In this document: positions 50,868 through 64,000 of the stretch, one piece after another | Layout: the number at the start of each line of letters is the position of its first letter | How positions within the stretch are numbered: position 1 is the first letter of the stretch | Assembly: GCA_024679065.1 (NCBI GenBank) | Contig: JAGIQG010000004.1 | Coordinates: 62,558,001-62,622,000 of the forward strand | DNA: 64,000 bases | From: Sphyrna mokarran | Taxonomy: Eukaryota | Direction: 5' to 3' | The notes under the pieces: model-generated | The model's database searches: none | Seen by the model: the letters and a program-made list of their open reading frames with translations, nothing else | Told to the model about the DNA's origin: nothing | Translations under genes and position numbers: made by a program

Positions 50868-51916
50868 TAGAACATAGAACATAGAACAATACAGCACAGA
50901 ACAGGCCCTTCGGCCTTCGATGTTGTGCCGACCAAAATAAAAAGCAATGCCCCTCCAAACTAAACCATTCCCTTCTCTTCCATATACTTATCAACTAACC
51001 TCTTAAACGCCACCAAACTTGGCGCATCTACAACAGCTGCAGGCAGGGCATTCCACTCCTAATCACTCTTTGAGTAAAGAACCTACCTCTGATATCCGTC
51101 CTATAACTCATACCCCTTAATTTAAAGCTGTGTCCCCTCGTGCTAGCTTTCTCCATCCTAGGAAAAAGGCTATCACTGTCCACCCTATCTAAACCTCTAA
51201 TCATCTTATATGCTTCAATAAGATCCCCTCTTAGCCGCCTCCTTTCTAACGAAAACAACCTCAAATCCTTCAACCTCTCTTCATAGGACCTGCCCTCCAT
51301 ACCAGGCAACATCCTGGTAAACCTCCTCTGTTCCCTCTCCAATGCCTCCACATCTTTCTTATAATGTGGGGACCAGAACTGCACACAATACTCCAAGTGC
51401 GGCCGCACTAGAGTTTTGTACAGTTGCAACATGATGCTGCGGCTCCTAAATTCAATCCCCCTACCAATAAAAGCTAAGACTCCATATGCCTTCTTAACAA
51501 CTTTATCCACTTGACTGCCTACTTTCAGGGATCTATTGACACATACACCAAGATCCTTCTGTTCCTCAACACTATTAAGAGCCCTACCATTAGCCCTATA
51601 CTCTACACATTTATTGTTCCTGCCAAAGTGCATTACCTCACACTTTTCCACATTAAACTCCATTTGCCACCTCTCGGCCCAGCTCTGCAACTTGTCCAAG
51701 TCACTCTGTAAACTATAACACCCCTCTTCACTATCTACCACTCCACCGACTTTAGTGTCATCTGCAAATTTACTGATCCATCCCTCAATACCCTCATCCA
51801 GATCATTTATAAAAATTACAAACAGCAGGGGCCCCAAAACAGACCCCTGAGGCACACCACTCGTCACCGAACTCCACGATGAATATCTCCCATCAACCAC
51901 CACCCTCTGTCTTTTA
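50868..51916 (-). mobile_element. Young CR1 3' half
   Basis: ORF 51028-51960 [10 protein letters not shown]...KFADDTK; (atagaac)n tail. Confidence 0.93.
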
Positions 51917-52224
51917 TGACGGTGGCGCAGGCTCGTTGGGCCGAAGGGCCTGTTTCCCATGCTGTGTTGCTCTTTAAAAAAAATTGTTTGCTACACTCAA
52001 AACTTCTGGTATCTCACCCGTGGCTAAAGAAGGTACAAAAATTTTGGACCAAGCCCACAGTAATTCTCCCGCTGCCTTCCTCAGTATTCTGGAATTGGCA
52101 ACATCTGGCCCTTGGGAATTGTCCACCTTAATGTTTTTCAAAGCCTCCAATAATCCATTCTTTTGTTTCTCTATTGATAGGGCATTCAACCATGTTCAAC
52201 CCTTTGCCCCACTTTACCCTTACC

Positions 52225-53477
52225 TTTCGCAGATAATTGGACGATTAAACAGGAAGGAGGCGTTCTTGGGGAAAAGTACGGAAGGAAAGTGGCGGATATT
52301 CAAGGAACGTTTGTCTGGGGCTCTGCAGGCTCTGCATGACAACATTCCGAGGAGACAAGGAGGCTTTGGTAGGATGCGGGAAGCGTGGTGCACGAAGGTT
52401 GTGGTGAACCTAGTGAGGAAGAAAAGAAAGGTGTATAAAAGGTTCAGAAAGCTAGGAGATGTTAGGGATCTAGAGCAGTATAAGACGTGTAGAAGGGAGC
52501 TTAAAAAAGAAATTAGGACAGCCAGAAGGTGTCATGAGAAGGCCTTGGTGGGTAAGATTAAGGAGAATCCCAAGGCCTTCTACAAATATGTGGAAAGTAA
52601 AAGGATGAGAAGCGAAGGGATAGGACCTATAAAAGGTGAAGGGGGAAAAGTCTGTGTGAATCTGGAAGAAATGGCAGAGTTAAGTACTTAATGAGTACTT
52701 TGCCTCGGTATTCACGGTGGAAAGTGATCTGGGAGGTTGTACTACAGGTTTGCGGCAAATGGAAAAGATTGAGTATATAGATGTTAGGAAAGAGGATGTG
52801 TTAGAGCTTTTAAATTCTATCAAGATAGACAAGTCGCCAGGACCAGATGGGATGTACCCCAGGTTGTTGTGGGAAGAGAGGGAAGCGATTGCAGAGCTCC
52901 TGGTGATGATCTTTGCATCGTCCATGGAAACGGTAGAGGTTCCGGAGGATTGGAGGATTGAGGATGTGGTTCCTATTTTTAAGAAGGGGAACAATGATAG
53001 TCCGGCAAATTACCGACCGGTGAGTCTGACCTCAGTGGTTGGTAAGCTGATGGAGAGGCTTCTGAGGGAGAAGATTTATGAGCATTTGGAGAAGTTTAGA
53101 ATGATCAGAAATAGTCAGCATGGTTTTGTCAAGGGCAGTTCGTGCCTGACGAGCCTAGTTAAGTTCTTCAAAAATGTGACTGAGCACATTGACAAAGGAA
53201 GAGCAGTGGACGTGGTGTACTTGGACTTCAGCAAGGCATTTGATAAGGTCCCCCATGCAAGGTTTCTTGAGAAGGTGAGAGGGCATGGGGTCCAAGGGTC
53301 TTTGGCCTTGTGGATCCAAAACTGGCTTGCTGGCAGAAGGCAGAGAGTGGTTGTGGATGGGTCTTATTCCGCATGGAGGTCGGTCACCAGTGGAGTGCCC
53401 CAGGGGTCTGTTCTGGGACCCGTGCTGTTTGTCATTTGCATAAATGACCTGGATGAGGAAGTGGAGAGATGGGTTAG
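52225..53477 (+). mobile_element. CR1 ORF2 middle fragment
   Basis: ORFs 51984-52691 and 52717-53484. Confidence 0.9.
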
Positions 53478-54805
53478 AACATAGAACATAGAACATTACA
53501 GCACAGAACAGGCCCTTCGGCCTTCGATGTTGCACCGACCAATATAAAAAGCAATGCCGCTCCAAACTAAACCATTCCCTTCTCCTCCATATACTTATCA
53601 ACTAACTTCTTAAACGCCACCAAACTTGGCGCGTCTACAACTGCTGCAGGCAGGGCATTCCACTCCTGAACCACCCTTTGGGTAAAGAACCTACCTCTGA
53701 TATCCGTCCTATAACTATCACCCTTAATTTAAAGCTGTGTCCCAATGTGCTAGCTTTTTCCATCCTAGGAAAAAGGCTATCACTGTCCACCCTACCTATA
53801 CCTCTAATCATCTTATATGTTTCGATTAGGTCTCCTCTTAGCCGCCTCCTTTCTAACGAAAACAACCTCAAATCCCTCAGCCTCTCTTCATAAGACCTGC
53901 CCTCCATACCAGGCAACATCCTGGTAACCTTCCTCTGTACCCTCTCCAATGCCTCCACATCTTTCTTATAATGTGGGGACCAGAACTGCACACAATACTC
54001 CAAGTGCGGCCGCACTAGAGTTTTGTACAGTTGCAACATGACGTTGCGGATCCGAAATTCAATCCCCCTAACAATAAAAGCTAAGACTCCATATGCCTTC
54101 CTAACAACCTTCTCGACCTGACTGCCTACTTTCAGGGATCTATGCACATACACACCAAGATCCCTCTGTTCATCAAGACTACTAAGAATCCTACCATTAG
54201 CCCTATACGCTACACATTTATTATTCCTGCCATAGTGCATTACCTCACACTTTTCCACATTAAACTCCATTTGCCACCTCTCGGCCCAGCTCTGCAACTT
54301 GTCCAAGTCCCTCTGCAAACTATAACACCCCTCTGCACTATCTACCACTCCACCGACTTTAGTGTCATCTGCAAATTTACTAATCCATCCTTCAATACCC
54401 TCATCCAGATCATTTATAAAAATTACAAACAGCAGGGGCCCAAAAACAGACCCCTGAGGTACACCACTTGTCACCGAACTCCAAGATGAATATCTCCCAT
54501 CAACCACCACCTCTGTCTTCTATCTGCTAGCCAATTCCTAACCCAATTAGCTAAATCACCCTCTATCCCATACATCTGCATTTTCTGCAGAAGTCGTCCA
54601 TGGGCCACCTTATCAAACGCCTTACTAAAGTCCATATATACCACATCAACCGCCTTACCGCCATCCACCTCCTTAGTCACTTTTTCAAAAAACTCAATGA
54701 GGTTAGTAAGGCACGACCTACCCTTCACAAAACCATGCTGACTATCTCCAATCAATTCATTACTCTCTAAATAACTATAAATCCTATCCCTAATTATTCT
54801 CTCCA
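53475..54805 (-). mobile_element. Young CR1 3' half inserted into the + strand CR1
   Basis: ORFs 54471-54824 and 53635-54510; the host resumes with ggttagtaag..ccgacgatac (VSKxxDDT) at about 54810. Confidence 0.92.
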
Positions 54806-55492
54806 GTAAGGTTAGTAAGGTCACCGACGATACAATGGTTGGTGGTGTTGTGGATGGTCTGGAGGGGTGTCAAAAGTTGCAGTGGGACATAGACAGGATG
54901 CAAGACTGGGTGGAGAAGTAGCAGGTGGACTTCAACGCAGATAAATGTGTAATGGTCCATTTTGGCAGGAATAATGGGATGAAAGAGTACACTATCAAGA
55001 ATAGGAGACTTAGCTGTGTTGAAGAGCAGAAGGATCTTGGGGTCCGGGTCCATAGGACTCTTAAATCGGCCTCGCAAGTGGAGGATGTGGTCAAGAAGGC
55101 GTATGGTGTACTGGCCTTCATTAATCGAGGGATTGAGTTTAGGAGTCAGGAGGTAATGATGCAGCTTTATAAGACCCTTGTCAGACCCCACTTGGAGTAC
55201 TGTGCGCAGTTCTGGTCGCCTCACTATAGGAAGGATGTGGAAGCTATTGAGAGAGTGCAGAGGAGATTAACAAGGATGTTGCCTGGATTGGGATGCATGC
55301 CTTATGATGATAGGTTGAGGGAGCTGGGACTCTTCCCCCTGGATAGACACAGGTTGAGAGGCGAGCTGATAAAGATTTATAAAATGTTGAGAGGAATGGA
55401 TTAGGTGGATTCTCAGAGACTATTTCCCCGGGTTGAAATGGTCGCTACGAGAGGACACAGATTTAAGGCGCAGAGAAGCAAATATAAAGGGG
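54806..55492 (+). mobile_element. Continuation of the + strand CR1 (52225-53477)
   Basis: ORF 54925-55404. Confidence 0.9.
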
Positions 55493-55493
55493 A

Positions 55494-58400
55494 TAGAACA
55501 TATAGAACATAGAACATTACAGCACAAACAAGCCCTTCGGCCCACAAGTTGTGCCGAACACATCAAAACCTACCCAGCCATAGACCTATCTATAACCCCC
55601 AATCCCACTGAATCCCATATACTCATCCAGAAGTCTTTTAAGAGACACCAGCGAGTTCGCCTCGACCACCACCGACGGCAGCCAATTCAATTCACTCACC
55701 ACCCTCTGAGTGAAAAACTTTCCTCTAGCATCCCTCTGTACTTGCTTCCCTGCACCTTAAATCTGTGCCCTCTCGTCGCGACCATTTCAGCCCTGGAAAA
55801 TAGTCTCTGAGAGTCCACCCTATCTATTCCTCTCAACATCTTGTAAACCTCTATCAGGTCGCCTCTCAACCTTCGTCTCCCCAGGGAGAACAGTCCCAGC
55901 TCCCTCAACCTGTCTTCATAAGGCATGCCTCCCAATCCGGGCAACATCCTTGTAAATCTCCTCTGCACCCTTTCAATAGCTTCCACGTCCTTCCTATAGT
56001 GAGGCGACCAGAACTGCCCACAGTACTCCAAGTGTGGTCTGACAAGGGTCCTATAAAGCTGCAGCATTACCTCCTGACTCCTGAACTCAATCCCTCAATG
56101 AATGAAGGCCAGTACACTGTAAGCTTTCTTAACCACATCCTCCACCTGGGAGGCCGATTTGAGAGTCTTATGGACCAGGACCCCAAGATCCCTCTGCTCT
56201 TCCACACAGCTAAGACTCCTACCTTTGATAGTGTACTCATTCATCCCGTTGGATCTGCCAAAATGGACCACAACACAATTATCCACGTTGAAGTCCATCT
56301 GCCACTTCTCCGCCCAGTCTTGCATCCTGTCGATGTCATGCTGCAACTTCTGACATCCCTCCAGACCATCCACAACACCACCGACCTTCGTGTCATCGGC
56401 GAACTTACTCACCCATCCCTCCACTTCCTCATCCAGGTCATTTATGAAAATGACAAACAGCAAGGGTCCTAGAACAGATCCTTGGGGCACTCCACTGGTG
56501 ACTGACCTCCATGCAGAAAAAGAGCCATCCACAACCACCCTCTGCCTTCTGCAGGCAAGCCAGTTCTGGATCCAGAAGGCCAAAGCCCCTTGGATCCCAT
56601 GGCCTCTCACCTTCTCAAGAAGTCTTGCATGGGGGACCTTGTCAAATGCCTTGCTGAAGTCCATGTACACCACGTCCACTGCTCTTCCTTCGTCAATGTG
56701 TTCAGTCACATTTTCGAAGAACTCAATTAAGCTCGTAAGGCACGACCTGCCTTTCACAAAACCATGCTGACTATTTCTAACCAACCTAAACTTCTCCAAA
56801 TGCTTTTAAATCTTGTCCCTCAGGAGCCTCTCCATCAGCTTACCAACCACTGAGGTCAGACTCACCGGTCGGTAATTTCCAGGACTATCCCTGTTCCCTT
56901 TCTTGAAAATAGGGACCACAATCCTCCAATCCTCCGGAATTTCTCCCGTCTCCATCGACAACGCAATCCTCCAATCCTCCGGAACCTCTCCCGTCTCCAT
57001 CAACAATGCAAAGATCATCACCAGGGACTCTGCAATGACATCACTCACCTCCCACAATAACCTGGGGTACATCCCATCTGGTCCCGGAGACTTGTCTGTC
57101 TTGATAGCATTTAAAAGTTCTAACACATCCGCTTCCTTAATATCTACATACACAATCTTTTCAGTCTGTCGCAAACTTGTAGTGCATCCTCCCAGATCAC
57201 TTTCCACCGTGAATACTGAGGCAAAGTACTCATTAAGCACCTCTTGCATTTCTTCTGGTTCCATACAGACTTTTCCCCCTTCACCTTTTATAGGTCCTAT
57301 CCCTTCTCTTCTCATCCTTTTACTTTTCACATATTTGTAGAAGGCCTTGGGATTCTCCTTAATCCTACCAGCCAAGGCCTTCTCATGACCCCTTCTGGCT
57401 CTCCTAATTTCCTTTTTAAGCTCTCTTCTATAAGCCTTATACTTCTCTAGATACCCAACATCTCCTAGCTCTTTGAACCTTTTATACACCTTTCTATTCT
57501 TCCTGACTATGTTCGCCACAGCCTTCATGCACCACGGTTCCCGCGTCCTACCAAAACCTCCTTGTCTCACCGGAACGTTGTCGTGCAAAGCTCCAGACAA
57601 GCATTCCTTGAATATCTGCCACCTTCCTTCTGTGCTTTTCCCCAAGAACACTTCCTTCCAGTTTATTCGCCCCAACATCTGCCTGATGTCTTCATATTTC
57701 CTCTTATTCCAGACAAACACCTTCCTAGCCTGCCTGACCCTATCCTTTTCCAATGCAAGGGTGAAGGAGATAGAATTATGATCTCCATCCCCAAGATGCC
57801 CTCCTACCGAGAGATCCATCACCTGTCCTGGTTCATTAGCTGGTACCAAGTCCAGTACAGCCTATCCTCTCTTAGGCTTGTCCACGTGCTGTGTCAGGAA
57901 ACCCTTCTGAACACACCTAACAAACTCCTCCCCATCCAAACCTCTTACCCTTGTTATATTCCAGTCGATGTTTGGGAAATTGAAGTCTCCCATCACAACT
58001 CTGTTATTTCTACATCTCTCCAGTATCTGTTTCCCTATCTGCACCTCAACTTCCCTGTCACTATTGGGCGGTCTATAGAATACACCCAGCAACGTCACCG
58101 ACCCTTTGCTATTCCTAACTTCCACCCACAGAGACTCCGTAGACATTCCCTCCTCGGTATCCACCCTCTCTGCAGCCATGTCACTGTCCCTGATCAATAG
58201 TGCCACTCCACCACCTCTTTTGCCTCCCTCCCTGTCCTTCCTGAAGGATCTGAATCCCGGGACCTGTAGTACCCAGTCGTGTCCCTGAGACATCCAAGTC
58301 TCTGTAATGGCCATCACATCACAATCCCAAGCAGCAATCCATGCCCTAAGTTCATCCACCTTATTTACTACACTCCTGGCATTAAAATAGACACAGCTCA

Positions 58401-58830
58401 ATCCCTCAGACTGGACATTTCCCTTCTCCCCCACTCGTCTAACCTGCCTCTCATCCTGCCTAGAGTCCTTCCCTACCTGGGAGCTAACTTCCTTGCTCCC
58501 AGTCTCCACATCACTATTCCCTCCCCCTAACCTTCCTAGTTTAAAGTCCCCCCAGTAGCCCTAGCCAGTCTTCCCGCCAAGATATTAGTCCCCCTGGGAT
58601 TCAGGTGCCACCCGTCTTTGCTGTACAGGTCACACCTGCCCCTAAAGAGGTCCCAATGTTCCAGGAACCGGAATCCCTGCCCCTGCTCCAGTCCCTCAGC
58701 CACGTATTCAACCTCCACCTCATAATATTCCTGCTCTCACTCTCCAGAGGCGCAGGCAACAATCCTGAGATTACGACCTTCGCTTTCCTCTCTCTCAGCT
58801 GCCTACCCTGTTCCCTATAATCCCTTTTCA
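55494..58830 (-). mobile_element. CR1 with essentially complete but disrupted ORF2 (APE endonuclease and RT) and ORF1 C-terminus
   Basis: YFNARS, ITETW, MGDFNFP (57862-58509); RT in 56806-57849, 56095-56799, 55696-56067; ORF1 DGWHLNPRG; 45-bp internal tandem duplication near 56920-57010. Confidence 0.95.
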
Positions 58831-59068
58831 TGGGATGTTAGACGTAAGTTTTTCACTCAGAGGGTGGTGAGTGAATGGAATCGGCTGCCGTCGGTGGTGG
58901 TAGAGGCGAACTCGCTGGGGTCTTTTAAAAGGCTTCTGGATGAGTATGTGGGAACTAATGGTGTAGGGGGTTATAGATAGGTCTGTGGCTTGGTAGGTAT
59001 AGTTGTGATCGGCGCAACTCGTGGGCCGAACAGCCTGTTTGTGCTGTAGTGTTCTATGGTCTATGTTC
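58831..59068 (+). mobile_element. CR1 3' end, inverted relative to the 55494-58830 copy
   Basis: ttttcactcagagggtggtgagtgaatggaatcggctgcc...gttctatggtctatgttc. Confidence 0.88.
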
Positions 59069-59660
59069 ACCTTCCCTTGTCTCCGAGAGCCCTGATAGGG
59101 TCCCCTTGTCCTGACTGTATCAGCCCAACAGAACAGTAACATCATTACCCTTCAACGCTGAGCCATCAGTCTCTTGATCTTAGCTTTTCTGCATTTCTGT
59201 TGTAATCTATTCCAGATGTACTATCATAATCCATTATTCTTATTCCTTATTCACCAACTCAAGCAAAATGCAACCACAAAAGACATCCTCCCCGCATCCG
59301 CCAACCCCAACTCCTACCATGCCCCCCTAACTCTGATAGCATTTTGCAGTATGCAGTTTTGTTGTAAAACCTCTTCCACTCTTCCATCGCATCCAAATTT
59401 TTATTCACTTCCTTTGACATCTCGCAGGAGATTCAACACGCACCTTTTTTGCCCCCCCCCCTTCCCATTCAAGCCCCAAACATTTTTTTTTTATTTAAAC
59501 GTTCAATTTTATGTGTTTCCTCCGTTGCTCCCAATGCACTCCCTTTCATATTGGGAAACTAATTTCAGGCTGTATGACTGCGTTGTGATACATCTTCGCT
59601 CAGCGCACAAGCCCAGCAGAATCTATTCTTTCAATTAGTCATGTTACTGTCCTCAACATT

Positions 59661-61060
59661 AATGTGTCGTAGTGAACCATCTGAAGGTGAGGGAGGGATA
59701 GCAACGGTAAGCAAAATGTCCCCCCGCCCTGCCCACCCAGGAGACGATGACCATATAGAGCGGCACCAGTGCATGCACATCATATATATCGCAAAAAAAA
59801 TGCTATTAGTATGGTCTGAGTAGAATTGGATTGAGGAGTGTTCTGCATGGCCCACAAAAAGATGGGCATAATTGGGTCCCATTCGTGTACCTATCACCAC
59901 ACTATTTTATTTCAACAAATGACATCAACTGAAGTTGTTAAGTGAGAGTACAAGTCAGCCAGGTGGAAGAGGGTGTCCAAAATCTTCAGCAGAACCTCAT
60001 TGAATGAATTAGATGAAGGTAGTTAATGTGTTCATTACTACACGAGAATGAGGTTGCCAAGTGGAAATATGTAATGATCTCGTTTAGAGTGATTGAAAAT
60101 TCGAGGATAGAACATGTCTGAAGCAGATAAATTATTTTAATCCGGTATCAAGAAGTCTCACAATACTAGGTTAAAGTCCAACAGGCTTATTTGGTAGCAG
60201 ATGCCACTATCTTTCGGGGCTATGCCCCTTCGTCAGGTAAGTGGGGAATCCTGATCACAAACAGAACATATAAAACGCTCAGTTTACGATTATTGATTAG
60301 AATGCGACTCTGTATACTAATCAAATCTTAAAGGTGCAGACAATGTGCGTGGAGATTGCACGAAGCATCGATTAGAGAGATGTGTATTGTCTCCAGACAG
60401 GACGGTAAGTGAGATGTTGCAAGCCCAGGCAAGTCATGGGGATTAAAAAAATGTGACATGAACCCAAGATCCCGGTTGATGCCGTCTTCATGTGTCCGGA
60501 ACTTGGCTATAAGTTTCTGCTCAGCAACTCTGTGCTGTTGTATGCCATAAAGGCCGCCTTGGAGAACATTTACTGAAGATCAGAGGCCGAATGCCCGTGA
60601 CAACTGGAATTGTTCATCAACAGGAATAGTCTTAATCTCGTACACAGAGAATGGTTGCTGATTTTGTAGAAACAATCAACAGCAAAACGGATTGTCCATA
60701 ATTGCTTTTTCCTTCCCCTTGAACTGTCACCACACGTCTAACATTACTCTCTTCCGCCTGGCTGACTTGTACTCTCACTTAACAACTTCAGTTGATGTCA
60801 TTTGTTGAAAATAAAATAGTGTGGTGATAGGTACACGAATAGGACCCAGTTATGCCCATCTTATTGTGGGCCATGTAGAACACTCCTCAATCCAGTTCTA
60901 CTCAGACCGTACTAATAGCATTATTTTTGCGATATATGTGATGTGCATGCAATGGTGCCGCTTTATATGGTCATCGTCTCCTGGGTGGGCGGGGCGGGGG
61001 GACATTTTGCTTACCGTTGCTATCCCTCCCTCACCTTCAGATGGTTCACTACGACACATT
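59661..61060. repeat. Inverted duplication, arms 59661-59972 and 60749-61060
   Basis: The ORF track shows near-identical products on opposite strands (59631-59900 - and 60821-61099 +). Confidence 0.9.
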
Positions 61061-64000
61061 CCTTCCTTTCCTCCATCTCTCTGTCTCTATTTCCCGTGAT
61101 GAACAGACAACCAATATTCACTAAAACCCACCGACTCCCACAGATTGCTTGACTACAGATTCTCACATCTTGATTCTTGTAAGGTCTCTCTCATTCTCCC
61201 AACTTCTCTGCATCTATCACATCTGTTCCGATTATGTCAAATGTTCAAAAATGACGATACTGTGATGCCTGCAGTTTTCATTAACTGAGGTTCACCACGC
61301 ACATCACACCCTTCGTTGTTGACAGAACAAAGAACAGCATAGCACAAAAACAGACCTTCGGCCCAACAAATCTGTGCCAACACAGTTTCCTCCCTAATCC
61401 CATATTGTCTTACCTCTACGCAGTCCATATCCCTCTATTCCTCGCCTATTCAGGTATCTATCCAGATGCCTCTTCAACGTTGTACAGAATCTGCTTCCAT
61501 CAACTCCTCTAGCAGTATGTTCCAGGCATTCGTCACCGTCTTTGTGAAAGACTCTCCCCTTAATCTTTTTAAACAGTTTCTCTCTAACAGTTAATCGATG
61601 CCCGTGGATAATTGACCCTTCTATCCTGGGAAGAAAACTTTGACGACCCATTCTATCCAAGCCTGTCACAATTTTGAAAACTTTTGGAACACTGCTTCAT
61701 CATCATTTAAGTGGAGAGTTGGGTTCAGAAACACAACAAATATCGACAAACACTCGGGTAATCAAGCCATCATAGGTGCAGGCCATGTGAGTGGAGAGAG
61801 GGATACTCATAGGTTAAAGGGGTATGATTGTTTCAAGCCAGGACAGTTAGGAAGATTTTGAAAGTACAAGCCAAATTATCCATACTTTTCCCCAAGACAA
61901 ATTCAAAACATTTAATATCCACAAGACTCAGTGCTGAGGCCGCTTTTGATGTAGTACACATAAATGATTTGGAGGTAAATATAGGTGGTCTGTTTAGTAA
62001 ATTTACAGATGATACAAATTGGAGGATTGTCAGAAAATATAGCAGGATATAAATCAAGGAACAAAGAACAAGAGCAGCCCTCTCACGACCCATCGCGTGT
62101 ATGCCCCCCGTTAGACAACAAGGTGGACAAAAGCACTTGTAGGATAAAAACAAGTACATCAATATCATCATCTATTTACACACTTCCAAGGCTCATGATC
62201 CCTACTTTAAATCAGTTTTCTATAACCCTCCATTCCCATTCTGTTCATGTGCCCATCTAAGTATTTCTTAAATAACCCCAGAGTGCCTGCCTCCACCACT
62301 TTATTTGGCAGCGCATTTCAGTTTACTGTATCGTGAATCTCTGTTTTATATCCCTGTCATGTTTTGTCTCAATACACACGTCCCCTTCCAAATCCCGCCT
62401 ACCCTTCAACACTGAGCCATCAGTCTCTCGTTCTTAGCTTTGCTACATTTCTGTTGTAATCTGTTCCAGATGCATTATCATATCAAACACATATTCCTTC
62501 TCTTTAGTTCCGAATCGGAATCAAACGAACTCTAAACGTTAACTCTGCTTGTTCTTTCTCCAGAGGCTGGCAGACTAGCTTAACTTTTCTGTCATTCGCT
62601 GTTTTGTTTTGGAGCCCAGCATCCACAACATTTTCTTTATCTTTAGACGTACCCGTAAGGGTGTTCGAACTGCAGAGAGAGTCGTCTTGCAGAGAGACAA
62701 TGCAAAAGGCTGACATATTCATACTCATGGAAATGAAGTTTACTGACGAAATTCCAGACATTAACAAATGCGCTGCCAAGTAAAGTAGTGGAGGCATGTA
62801 CTCTGGAGTTATTTAAGAAATACTTAGATGGGCACATGAACAGAATGAGAATGGAGGGGTATAGAAAACTGATTTAAAATAGGGATCATGAGCCTTGGGA
62901 GTCCCTGGGAAGTCTGTAAATAGAGGATGATATTGATGTACTTGCTTTTATCCTACAGGTGCTTTGGTCCACCTTGTTGTCTAACGAGGGGCATACACGC
63001 GATGGGTCGTGAGAGGGCTGCTCTTGGATCATTTTCGAGAGTATCCTAGTACTTTACGTCGTTAGTGTACCCTTGACCTGGACCATTTGTTGGGCAACAC
63101 GACATCTCAGTGACTATTGCTGTGCTGTGTAGAGACATGGATTTGGCCCTGTGTCTATGGGAGTTTGCGCATTCTCCCCATGCTTGCGTGGGTTTTCTCT
63201 GGGTGCTCCGGTTTCCTCCCACATCCCAAAGATGTGCTCTTAGGCTAGTTGGCAAAACAAATTCTCCCTAAATTGTCTCAAATTTGGCTTTTAATCCATA
63301 GATCTATAAACATGGACAGGGATCGAGGGTAGAGGTGGGAGCGTTGGGTTGGCGGTGCTGGCTCGTTGGGCGGGGGAGACTGTTTCCCGTGCTGTTTTGT
63401 CCTTTGTTCATCCTGCTTCACCAAGACGACAGCCTCTGCAGACGTGGCAGCACATTGAAATGAAGGAGGGCGAGAAGGGAAAGGGGCGCGTGGAGCATTA
63501 TGCTGTCTAAGTCCTCAGCATCGACATTATACGCTAAACGATCTCACTTATTCAGGTAGAAAATTGACCACAAAACCTCTGACCTACTACCATGTACTGT
63601 AACACCTTCACCAACCCCATCTACTTTCGACTATATCACCTCGTCTGATGAATTAGTACTCCACTATGTTGAATACCATTTATCAGAAGAAATCATATTG
63701 GCTAGGGCACTGAACCTAATCTTGTGGAGGATTTCAATGTTCGTCACGAACAGTGGTTCTCTAGCAGCCCAACCTGGCTGAGTTGGTCTGTAGCAACTGC
63801 TGAGAGAGCCAAGAGGACGACAACACACATGATTCCATCCTCACCAACCTGCCTGTTGCACATGCATTTGTCAAAAATATTTGTAGGGATGATAATGGCA
63901 TGGTACTTTTATCTACGAAGTCCAGTCCTCACGTTGAAGCCACCCTCCATCGTGTTGTTTGACACGATTGCCATGGTTAATGGACGAGATTTTAAACTCA
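59975..64000 (+). repeat. Segmental duplication copy 2 (continues past the window end)
   Basis: 59975-61680 matches 9367-10970; 62320-62765 matches 12740-13170; 63425-64000 matches 13195-13770. Confidence 0.88.
62068..63410. mobile_element. CR1/V-SINE composite 3' end (+, 62766-63410) with an inverted partial copy (62068-62318)
   Basis: caagagcagccctctcacgacccatcgcgtgt vs its reverse complement at about 62995-63026. Confidence 0.85.

Noticed and set aside
1-64000. Prokaryotic-type systems (retron, group II intron, CRISPR) suggested by the many RT ORFs
   Set aside because: All RTs are vertebrate non-LTR or Penelope types; no operons or repeat-spacer arrays

Overview
Eukaryotic genomic DNA, most likely from a shark or ray (inferred from HE1/V-SINE, Deu-SINE-like, CR1 with (TATGTTC)n tails, Rex/Babar, Penelope and Harbinger repeats). 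Most of the window is transposon-derived and most listed ORFs are LINE fragments or noise. The main biological signal is a spliced minus-strand IgSF receptor gene at about 19.7-25.8 kb, which the ORF track shows only in pieces. Its exons are leader, a single pre-joined V(J)-type exon, a C1-set exon, a transmembrane exon with an Arg, and cytoplasmic exons ending in an ITIM (LTYAAV) plus a Tyr>His degenerate ITIM. As assembled it has a 1-nt frameshift in C1 and a leader phase mismatch, so it is a pseudogene or has indel errors. Around it lie degenerate V-, C1- and TM-like exon relics on both strands, and a rearranged segmental duplication (9.4-13.8 kb vs 49-64 kb). Together these suggest a birth-and-death cluster of non-rearranging, antigen-receptor-like V-C1 receptors. 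Exon boundaries of the main gene were read base by base; repeat boundaries are approximate, and family names come from recognition, not from database searches.
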